Below are positions 19,124 through 27,343 of a DNA stretch of 30,407 nucleotides, piece by piece; position 1 is the first letter of the stretch; every line of letters starts with the position of its first letter. The position numbers were made by a program, and so were the translations under genes. The notes under the pieces were generated by a model. The model was not told the DNA's origin and made no database searches. It saw nothing but the letters and a program-made list of their open reading frames with translations. This DNA is from an uncultured bacterium (GTDB taxonomy: Bacteria > CSSED10-310 > CAZUFC01). Where the stretch lies: contig CAZUFC010000103.1 of NCBI GenBank assembly GCA_964619725.1, forward strand, positions 1-30,407, read 5' to 3'.

Positions 19124-19266
19124 GGGACTGATCAAAACCGGGTTACACTTCTTTCAAAACTTATGACAGTGTGCTTCAGTAATCGGGGTCGGTATCGAAA
19201 TCGAAACAAAATGATGAGATATTCGGAAAAATTGTAACCTCAATAGACGCATTTTTGACCAATGCC
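19124..19266 (+). mobile_element. MITE-like family A, copy 3
   Basis: gggactgatcaaaaccgggttacacttctttcaaaac...gtaatcggggtcggtatcgaaatcgaaac...attgtaacctcaa...gcatttttgaccaatgcc. Confidence 0.75.
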
Positions 19267-19601
19267 TAAATCCTCTGGCGGTTCAGGAGCGATAACTATC
19301 TGCATACTCATGCGCCTGATGCAAAAAATATTCTCACGCCGAGGTTTCTACGCTCCGTCAATAGTATCTGTTATTCCAACTTTCATGGAATGCGTTACCC
19401 GTCATTTCCCATCGTCCTTGATATGAGTCATTACGATTCAGTTCAAATTTTCGAATACCGGAAGCCCTCCGATACAAGCATATTTTTGCATAAACTTCTC
19501 CTGCATCTGCGTTGAATGAGTATTCGCCCATGTTAAAAGTAATTTACCATTAATGCCATAATTGCAGTTTATGCGGTTATTGCTATATATTTCGCCGACA
19601 G

Positions 19602-19621
19602 CGGTGAACCTAGGTTCACCG
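19602..19621. repeat. Perfect 20-bp palindrome (REP-like element or operator)
   Basis: cggtgaacctaggttcaccg is its own reverse complement; intergenic. Confidence 0.8.
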
Positions 19622-19680
19622 TCGCATTATTCAAAAATCGCTGAACACCTCCTTTATAATCCGCAACAACCCATGCCCTG

Positions 19681-19874
19681 ACCGGTTTGTCCAAAAACTC
19701 GCAACGAATTTCGATTAAATCAACGCTCTTATGCCGGATATAGGGGGGGCAAAAAACTGCACAATTATTATGCCGAGACTCAGTGTAAAAAAATCAATTG
19801 ATATCAATATGTTAGGTTGTCCTTATCAGGAGTTCTGAAATTTGAATCGACAATCGAGTTTATGGACAGGCGCT
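19681..19874 (+). mobile_element. MITE-like element (family B body) with TGTCCA(T/A)AAACTCG-type ends
   Basis: Left tgtccaaaaactcg versus right cgagtttatggaca; internal part similar to the reverse complement of 3091-3190. Confidence 0.6.
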
Positions 19875-20176
19875 GACTTGAACCTTAATCGGGCAAGTCC
19901 GGATATTTGAGGGAGGCTTGGTGATGAATATCACGGCTGTAAATGAAAATGAACTGTTTTTTTTGACAAAATAGAGATGAGTAATCAGTTTAGCGGCATC
20001 ATCAGGGAATGTTCATTTGAAATATTAATGAGAAGCTTAAAGCGGCAGTTGGGAAAATCAGTCGTTTGATGTGAGAAACCCACCGAAAAGTGAGTTGACT
20101 GATAGAAGCATCTGATTTAGAATTTACATGGAAATTTCATGGATGTCGCGGCGAAAATCTGAGTAGTAAATTGATC

Positions 20177-21760
20177 ATGAATTGCGTTAAAGTGCAGCAA
20201 AACATTAAAATCAAACTGGAAAATCTCTCCAGGAGCTTCAATAATAAACCGGTCATTTCAAACCTCAATCTGGAAATCAGAAAAGGTGAATTCCTTGTAC
20301 TGCTGGGTAGATCGGGCAGCGGAAAATCCGTGCTGATGAAGCTGATGCTGGGATTGCTGGTTCCGGATGAGGGCAGAATCGTAATCGATAATCAGGACAT
20401 TTGGAAACTAAGCAAAAAGCGGCGGCTGATGATCGCGGAAAATTTAGGCGTAGTGTTCCAGGGCGGCGCGCTTTTTAACGATATGACCGTAAGGGAGAAT
20501 CTCAAAGCGGCTTTGAGCGATCAAACGGAGCAGCCGGAAAAATTGATAGAGGATATCGCCGAATCCTGCAATTTTGACCTTGATCTGATTGACGGTTTGC
20601 CGCATGAATTGAGCGGCGGATTGAAACAGAGAGCTGCGGCGGCGCGTGCTTTAATAAGGGAGCCGGATTTGCTTTTTTTTGATGAGCCGACTTCGGGACT
20701 GGACCCGATGAATTCAGAAACGATATCGAATTTCATAAGGCAATGCCATGAAAAGAAGAACACCACATCAGTAATGATAACTCACGACATGCGAAGCGCG
20801 GCCATAGCCGCTGACCGAATCTTGTACCTGGACCGAAGAAAAAGAACCTGCATTGAACTGATAAACGAAGCGGAACTGGCAAAGCTTCGATCAGGCGACG
20901 ATCCCGTCAAAAAGGTTGAAGAGAGTATCAGGGAGAAGATCGAATTAAAGACATCAGAAAAAGGAGAAAAAATCCAGCCGGCTGGTCGACATGAAAAAAG
21001 CGCAGTAAAATTATTAACCGAACAAACGGCTTCCGTTTTTTCAACCATCGGTCATTTGTTTACGTCGTTAGGACGGCTGAGGTTGTCCTCTCCGCCGGAG
21101 AAGACGCTGAGTTGTCTGAGCAACGTAATAATTCAATCGTTGCCTTTGATCATAACGTCGGGTTTTCTGATAGGATTGGCTTTAATCCTTTCCACGATAG
21201 TGGGATTGGCGGAATACGGCGCGGAGCATGAAGCGTCCAAAATTTTAGGGGCCACGCTGGTGAGGGAAGTCGGTCCGATACTGGCTGCTTTATTACTGGC
21301 GGGAAGAATCGGAGCATCCATAGCTTCGGACATAGGTTTAAGGACGACTGGAAAGGATTTCGATGCCTGGAGAACAATGGGGAAGGACCCGGATGAATTG
21401 TTTTACACGCCTTTGTTCATTTCCATTATTATCGGATTCCCGATTCTGCTGATTGTAGTAGATGCTGCGGGCTATTTCGGAGGCTTGGCGGGATATGCCG
21501 GAATATACGGATATTCGGCTGTGGGATTCAAAGCAGGATTCTTTGAACTGATCAACTGGAATGATGTCCTCTGTACATTCATAAAAGGACTTATCTTCGG
21601 ACATATCATCCTCTCGATAGCCTACCAGGCCGGTATGGACGTCCTGCCTCCCGCCAGAACAATCGGAAAACAGGTAACTCATGCGGTAGTAGCGGCATCC
21701 CTGGTCGTCATCGCCGCTAATTTTTTTATCATGAGGATTTATTACTTATTAACGAGTTAA
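20177..21760 (+). CDS. Fused MlaF-like ABC ATPase and MlaE-like permease
   Basis: Walker A GRSGSGKS, Q-loop VFQ, signature LSGGLKQR, Walker B LLFFDE, H-loop ITHD; then MlaE-like LVREVGPILAALLLAGRIGASIASDIG with multiple TM segments. Confidence 0.9.
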   Translation: MNCVKVQQNIKIKLENLSRSFNNKPVISNLNLEIRKGEFLVLLGRSGSGKSVLMKLMLGLLVPDEGRIVIDNQDIWKLSKKRRLMIAENLGVVFQGGALFNDMTVRENLKAALSDQTEQPEKLIEDIAESCNFDLDLIDGLPHELSGGLKQRAAAARALIREPDLLFFDEPTSGLDPMNSETISNFIRQCHEKKNTTSVMITHDMRSAAIAADRILYLDRRKRTCIELINEAELAKLRSGDDPVKKVEESIREKIELKTSEKGEKIQPAGRHEKSAVKLLTEQTASVFSTIGHLFTSLGRLRLSSPPEKTLSCLSNVIIQSLPLIITSGFLIGLALILSTIVGLAEYGAEHEASKILGATLVREVGPILAALLLAGRIGASIASDIGLRTTGKDFDAWRTMGKDPDELFYTPLFISIIIGFPILLIVVDAAGYFGGLAGYAGIYGYSAVGFKAGFFELINWNDVLCTFIKGLIFGHIILSIAYQAGMDVLPPARTIGKQVTHAVVAASLVVIAANFFIMRIYYLLTS

Positions 21761-21776
21761 CAAAACGGAGGACAAA

Positions 21777-22406
21777 ATGAGTTCATCCAAAACGCCTATG
21801 ATTGTAGGACTGGCTTTCGTTGCCCTTACGCTTCTAGTGATCGTCATCATAATCGGCGCGCCGGGATTCAACATACAGGTTAAATTTGATGATTTGAACA
21901 AGATCAGGCGAGGCGACAACCTGTACATGAACGGACAGGTTATAGGAACGATAACGGGAACAAAATTAAAATCGCCCGGCGAGGGCATTATAAAAGTGAA
22001 CATCAAAAATCAATACAAAGATTTCCTGAATCAATCCACCATCTTCACCATAGCCGGCGATAAATTTATAACGGGAAGAAAATGCCTGCTAAGTAAAAAC
22101 AGAGATCAATCCGCTCAGCCGGTAGAATCAGGACATGTTTACGAAGGCGTGGGAAGGATAGAATTCGAACTGGTCCGACTGACTGACGGCGCCGGCAGAA
22201 TATGGAACGGTTACCTCAAGGATATGGCTATAGAATCAATCGACAAAACAGGCAAACTTTCAAAAGATGTGATGGATAAAATAAAGGAGCTGGAACGGGA
22301 AAATCATGATGAAATCGTCGGTTTTATGGATCAACTCAAAAAAGAAGTCGAAAATCTAACGCCGGAACTCAAGAAACAGATTGATGAGCTGATGAGAGGG
22401 TTTTAG
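21777..22406 (+). CDS. mlaD: MCE/MlaD-family protein
   Basis: N-terminal TM anchor, MCE-like VKFDDLNKIRRGDNLYMNGQVIGTI...DKFITGRKCL, helical tail; GGAGG RBS; directly follows the MlaF-E fusion. Confidence 0.75.
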   Translation: MSSSKTPMIVGLAFVALTLLVIVIIIGAPGFNIQVKFDDLNKIRRGDNLYMNGQVIGTITGTKLKSPGEGIIKVNIKNQYKDFLNQSTIFTIAGDKFITGRKCLLSKNRDQSAQPVESGHVYEGVGRIEFELVRLTDGAGRIWNGYLKDMAIESIDKTGKLSKDVMDKIKELERENHDEIVGFMDQLKKEVENLTPELKKQIDELMRGF

Positions 22407-22656
22407 AGTACATAATAAAGGTTGAGTAATAGAGTGAACTCGTCAAATTAGAAAATCCTTTTCCCGACTGTCAATTCGTTTTATATAGAGAATTCTCAAA
22501 ACTCGACTGTAGAAAAAATGCCGGATATATAACGATCATCTTCGGGTACCCCAAATGTTAAAGTTCAAGAAAGCAGCAGGGAAAAAATCATTTAGCAAAA
22601 TATTTTAAGAATAGAATAAACGGCGCTTAGGCGAAATCGTATTTGATTGATATAAT

Positions 22657-24426
22657 TTAATGAGTTATTTTCATCACTGTCACAATCTCAGGCGGTGAGT
22701 TAAGCTCTGGCATGGGAACAGGTTTGAAATCACCCGTTTGCATAGATAGTTTCAGAAAATTATGTAACTTTAAATTGACTACATTTTCCACAATTATTAC
22801 GGCAATTTCAAACTCATAACCGATATCCGCTGAAATACCATAATGAACGGTTAGTTTCCATTCATTATCTCTTGGATCTACTATAGCCTCTCCCTGCGGC
22901 CACCACATTCCGTGAAATCCTTTATTGCAATGTACAAGCACCCAAAGGTGTTCGCCAGACTTAAGTTTAGCAGAGCCTTTCACGATTCCGGTTCTTCCTA
23001 CACTTTCCCCTTCCATCGGTCGATAAATCGTTATTCCAGTAGACATTGGGATTACTCCTGCGCAATAAGTATTATGAATATCTTCAAATAAAAAATAATA
23101 TTTCTGAGCAGCTTCATCAAAATGATGATTTTCTATATCGCTGGATGCGGCAAGATATAGCTGTTGGTCGAGCTGAGCAATACTTTCATCTGATAATTGA
23201 AGTAAAATGTCATTATAAATTTCGCGAGCTTTGTTTATGTTTGTAGGATTCCCAACAGAAAAAAAATCGTTCGCCTCACAGACTTCTTTAAGCAATCCCT
23301 TCTCCTTGAGTTCTTCGCCGACTGAGGATTTTTTACGCTTCCTTACTATGTTTAAGCTGATAGGTTCACACATCCATACACAATTTGGTTCGTTACTTAT
23401 TATGTCACCAGGATTAATACCCTGATCCTTCGTAAATAATCCAACGTTTATAGAGTAAGCTCCCTCTTCCTGGATTATTATTTCTCCGTAAAAATTACCG
23501 TTGGAGTTTGTCCTGAGTTCTTGTTTTATAAGGAATACGCGCTTATTTTCATCCTTAACGATCGGCAAAAGTTGTAAATTATTTAACTCAAGGAAATTGC
23601 CGACATTTTTAAGGTAGCTGTCCTTATAAAGAAAAGATAAAAATCCGCTTATTTCAATTTTTTCTCTTTCATAACTTTTATACATTTCCCTGGGATTTTT
23701 CATTTTGATTTCAATTTTCAAATCGTTTAATTTTGCATCTGAAATCATCGGTTGCTGGAAAGTTTTACCAATATCAGGAGTTCTCATAAGAAATTTAATA
23801 ATATTTTCGGCGCTGACGCCAATATGAAAATGTTTAGTATTTGTTAGCATGCCAACGACTGACTTTTCCCTAAATATGGGACTCCCTGACATACCGGGGG
23901 TAATCGTACCGCCGCTGAAAACAATATCAGTTTTATACCTTACAAATCTGCAGTTCCTTTCAACATGCCATAATCCATCAATTGCACCTGGAACACCGAT
24001 AACAGTTATTTCATCATTATCCTTGAGAATGACATCCGAATCTATTTCAATTGTTGAAATTTTTCTAGCTTGAATATTCTTGTCTAAATTGAGTCGCAGT
24101 AAGGCAACATCAATGCCCGAATCGATACTTACAAGGCTGGCTGGAAAATTTTCTTCCACACCATAAAGGCGCACTCTGGGATTTTGATCCAAACAAATAT
24201 TCTCACTCGAAGATATCACATGACTTGCAGTTAAGATGTATAGGATGTTGTTTTTTTTCGAAATTATAAAACCAGTTCCCTCACCGCAATCACTTTCCAT
24301 TTGAACGACACAAGATTTCATATTTTCTGTTTCATTTCTGTCTATCAAATATTTTATCATCATTGCAGCAGGCAGAGAAATAATTGCTATTAATAAAATT
24401 GTTACAAACGATGATCGTTTCGTCAT
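22657..24426 (-). CDS. Membrane-anchored or secreted trypsin-like (S1) serine protease with long C-terminal extension
   Basis: GTGFII, ILTASHV (His), IDVALL (Asp), GMSGSPIF (Ser); N-terminal hydrophobic helix; AAGGAG RBS at 24434-24439. Confidence 0.88.
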   Translation of the reverse strand: MTKRSSFVTILLIAIISLPAAMMIKYLIDRNETENMKSCVVQMESDCGEGTGFIISKKNNILYILTASHVISSSENICLDQNPRVRLYGVEENFPASLVSIDSGIDVALLRLNLDKNIQARKISTIEIDSDVILKDNDEITVIGVPGAIDGLWHVERNCRFVRYKTDIVFSGGTITPGMSGSPIFREKSVVGMLTNTKHFHIGVSAENIIKFLMRTPDIGKTFQQPMISDAKLNDLKIEIKMKNPREMYKSYEREKIEISGFLSFLYKDSYLKNVGNFLELNNLQLLPIVKDENKRVFLIKQELRTNSNGNFYGEIIIQEEGAYSINVGLFTKDQGINPGDIISNEPNCVWMCEPISLNIVRKRKKSSVGEELKEKGLLKEVCEANDFFSVGNPTNINKAREIYNDILLQLSDESIAQLDQQLYLAASSDIENHHFDEAAQKYYFLFEDIHNTYCAGVIPMSTGITIYRPMEGESVGRTGIVKGSAKLKSGEHLWVLVHCNKGFHGMWWPQGEAIVDPRDNEWKLTVHYGISADIGYEFEIAVIIVENVVNLKLHNFLKLSMQTGDFKPVPMPELNSPPEIVTVMKITH

Positions 24427-24430
24427 TGCT

Positions 24431-25603
24431 TTACTCCTTTCGTCGTGGCAATATTACTTGTAATAATTTACCGGATGTCAAAATGCCAGAGATAGCAAAT
24501 CCGAAAACAATATAGAATTTTTTTAACTTATTATCATACCACAAAGTATCAAAAATCGATAACCTTAAATCTCGCTCGTGATCACCGCATAAGAGCTTAA
24601 TAACATCAGCTTTTCCACATATTGATATTGATAAGCTGATTTCAGAATTTTGTCCTGTTACAATATGTCCTTTTTCTATTCGAAAATTTTCCATTTTATC
24701 GATTTCTAAGAAATGATAGGGCTTGATTCCGATAGACGGCGCATCTGGATATATTGGATATTCCAATTGAAATTCTTCTAAAAAACTCGATACTATTTTA
24801 TAATGTTCGTCATAACTGCAGAATTTGATTGAGTCAACAGATATTCCCTGCCGAGGAAGAAGATTGATGAAATTAATGTTTTTTTCCGGTAAAGCTAGAG
24901 TCAGCGAATAGTCATTTCCCCATGATTCAGCACGAACACCTTCATCATTTTTCTGAGTTAATGAGAAATTATCGTTATCTTTATCAGAAATGCCATTCAA
25001 TAAAACATTGTTGTAGTGAACTTTGAATGAGTCATTAAGGAAGATTTTAGTCAATGATATCTCGTTTAAACTATTATGAATTTGAATTTTCAAATTTCTC
25101 TCTTTTCTAAATAAAGAAAGTTTAAATCGTGTATTTTTTACAGCCAATATTTTGTCGACCAATCCTGATTCAGTCATTTTGTGATGACTTTTTTTTGAAT
25201 TGATTTTTTGAAAATTTATAAAAGAAAACAACCTGTTTTCATTAGAACCATCAATAATAAGAGGGAAAGGATAAAACAAATTGTTTTTGTTGCATTTAAT
25301 TTGGGGAGCATTCTCTTTATTAATTTCTATTCCGTCGATTTTTGAAAAAAGTTGTAAAGATTCAAAATTGTTGATTCCAATTGAAGAAAAGGGAACTGAA
25401 TTCAGAATTGTACTCAGTTCATCATGAGGCATAGTTAGAGAGAATACAACATTTTGCAATGATATATTTGAATAAATTAGCGTTTTAACGGAAAACAGCA
25501 TAGTAAGGGGAAAGAGAAGCAAAAACAGAAAAGCTGTCCAATAATATTTAATAAACCATTTCTTTGATGAGAAAAAAATATCTTTAACAAAAACAAAAAT
25601 CAT
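24431..25603 (-). CDS. Hypothetical protein with N- and C-terminal TM anchors flanking a beta-rich soluble domain
   Basis: 390-aa ORF; TM-like YYWTAFLFLLLFPLTMLF and FYIVFGFAISGILTSG; ATGA overlap with the upstream stop; ends 4 bp before the protease start. Confidence 0.8.
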   Translation of the reverse strand: MIFVFVKDIFFSSKKWFIKYYWTAFLFLLLFPLTMLFSVKTLIYSNISLQNVVFSLTMPHDELSTILNSVPFSSIGINNFESLQLFSKIDGIEINKENAPQIKCNKNNLFYPFPLIIDGSNENRLFSFINFQKINSKKSHHKMTESGLVDKILAVKNTRFKLSLFRKERNLKIQIHNSLNEISLTKIFLNDSFKVHYNNVLLNGISDKDNDNFSLTQKNDEGVRAESWGNDYSLTLALPEKNINFINLLPRQGISVDSIKFCSYDEHYKIVSSFLEEFQLEYPIYPDAPSIGIKPYHFLEIDKMENFRIEKGHIVTGQNSEISLSISICGKADVIKLLCGDHERDLRLSIFDTLWYDNKLKKFYIVFGFAISGILTSGKLLQVILPRRKE

Positions 25604-26144
25604 TCAATCTTTTTCCTGTGATAAAAAGTCACTCTAAAATTAATTGGTATTTTCTTTTCCTTAGTCAATCCATCAATTGTCAAATCATATTCCCCCTCGA
25701 TTTCCTGGGATGAATCCCAAACAAGGCTAATGGGCGTTTCCGCATAAAGTAAAGGATAAATTCTATGATAAGAATCATTCTCCGAAGATTTTTTCTTTAT
25801 ACTACACTTTAAATCAACAACGTCCCTTATGGCTTTAAAAGCGAAATAATATTCTTTTACTTCTTTGGGAGGTTTTGAATGATAAAATATCGCCGGTGCG
25901 ACACGCTTTTCTCTGCCGATTTTATCTTTCTCCAACACGATTATAAAACCCAAATCAGTCAATTCCATACCGTGAATTTTCATTATCACTTCCTGGTAAG
26001 GCCATTGAAATTCATTATAGCAGTTCTTCCTCCATTTCAGTGATTCTTTTGATTTCATCCAGTAATAAAACTCATTGTCAATTTCTAAAGCAGTTATCTC
26101 GACTTGATTGGACTTTGTTAAATAGAATTTGATTTTCAAGTAAG
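25600..26144 (-). pseudogene. 3' part (179 codons) of a secreted-protein gene interrupted by the 26145-29789 element
   Basis: Joins in frame with 29791-30006 across the AGTAAG duplication: ...RLKRDTY|LKIKFYLTK..., restoring a 251-aa ORF. Confidence 0.9.
26139..26144 (+). repeat. Left target-site duplication AGTAAG
   Basis: The same hexamer lies at 29790-29795, immediately outside the right end. Confidence 0.9.
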
Positions 26145-26193
26145 TGCATAGGTTACACTAAAAAGGACAAAAGTCTGAGGAATTAACCCGACA
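26145..26193 (+). repeat. Left terminal inverted repeat
   Basis: tgcataggttacactaaaaaggacaaaagtctgaggaattaacccgaca; shares TGC, TAGGT, TAAAAAGGACAAAA and ACCCGACA with the reverse complement of 29740-29789. Confidence 0.88.
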
Positions 26194-26218
26194 TCTCCGC
26201 ACGAGTAGGAGATTGAAA

Positions 26219-27343
26219 ATGTCAGAGAAGAAAATAGGCCGTGAAGAGTTAGAGGAAGTGATATGCAAGATCAAGGAATTGGGCATGAGTTATCGTGAAG
26301 GTGCAGAGCATTTCGGGATCAACGTATGGAAGATTTATAATTACAATAAAAGGAAGAAAAAGTCTGAATCGGCGAAACTCGCACAGAATAGATCATCAGA
26401 GTCCGAATCGAAGTGTTCGGTAAAAAAGAAGTCAAAGCTTCCGTCAGAAGTTTCAGACCTGATATCGTCCTATAAGAAGGAGCATCCCGATCATGGATTT
26501 AAACGTATCCAGGATTGTTTAAAACAAAAGCATATGTTGGTAGTGACACGCAAGCAGATACGGAAGGTACTGAAGGAACGCGGAATTCTCAAGTCGACGG
26601 ATTCGAGTTTTGACCATACTCCGGCGAACGATAAAAAGGAACGACGCTTTGAAGCGCCTTATCCGCGTTCAATGTATCAGTTGGATATAACTTACGTATA
26701 TATTCAAGGACATCCTGTTCAGTATTTGCTGAACATAATCGATGATTACAGCCGTTTTTGCCTGGCGGCCGAACTTTGCCTCGATCAGAGCGCAGACGCT
26801 CTGTCTGCGGTATTGCATACAGCGATACTCAGATATGGAAAACCAAAGTGCGTTCTGACGGACCAGGGACCTTCATTTTACAGTTGGAGCATGAACAACA
26901 CGCGTTTTCAACAGTATTTGGACGATATGCGCATCGAACACATAGTAAGCGAACCTCATCACCCCCAGACATTGGGCAAGGTTGAGAGATTTCATCAGAC
27001 AGTAAAAAAAGAACTTTTCTCCAGGCGCAGATTCACAAGCTATGAAGATGCGGTAAAGGGAATCGCCGAATACGTTTCTTATTATAACTTCGAGCGTCCT
27101 CACCAGGGAATAGGAGGCGTTTGTCCTGCGGATCGATTTCACGGAATAGCGGGAGAGCGTCGCCGTGTTGAGGCTGAGCTTTTAAGCAAAATGATAGATT
27201 TATCCCGGGGTTATGTGATATGTAAATTCCGGGACCATACGATCAGCATAGCCGGTTCGTCGGAAGCGGTCAGAGTGTTTCTTGACGGCGATCTCATGGT
27301 TCCGGAAAGGAGAAAAAACGACAATGACGATAGACGAGAGTAA
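26219..27343 (+). CDS. IS481-like DDE transposase (HTH plus rve integrase core)
   Basis: HTH SYREGAEHFGINVWKIY; HPDHGFKRI; DDE motifs YQLDITY / LTDQG / GKVERFHQT; YNFERPHQGIGG..PADRF; AGGAG RBS 7 nt before ATG at 26219. Confidence 0.9.
   Translation: MSEKKIGREELEEVICKIKELGMSYREGAEHFGINVWKIYNYNKRKKKSESAKLAQNRSSESESKCSVKKKSKLPSEVSDLISSYKKEHPDHGFKRIQDCLKQKHMLVVTRKQIRKVLKERGILKSTDSSFDHTPANDKKERRFEAPYPRSMYQLDITYVYIQGHPVQYLLNIIDDYSRFCLAAELCLDQSADALSAVLHTAILRYGKPKCVLTDQGPSFYSWSMNNTRFQQYLDDMRIEHIVSEPHHPQTLGKVERFHQTVKKELFSRRRFTSYEDAVKGIAEYVSYYNFERPHQGIGGVCPADRFHGIAGERRRVEAELLSKMIDLSRGYVICKFRDHTISIAGSSEAVRVFLDGDLMVPERRKNDNDDRRE

Noticed and set aside
19359-19532. ~57-codon minus-strand ORF (MGEYSFNADAG...)
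   Set aside because: Short, with no clear RBS or motif; cannot be supported.
25600-26139. Independent 179-aa gene starting at TTG
   Set aside because: The TTG overlaps the target duplication and is codon 73 of the interrupted gene.
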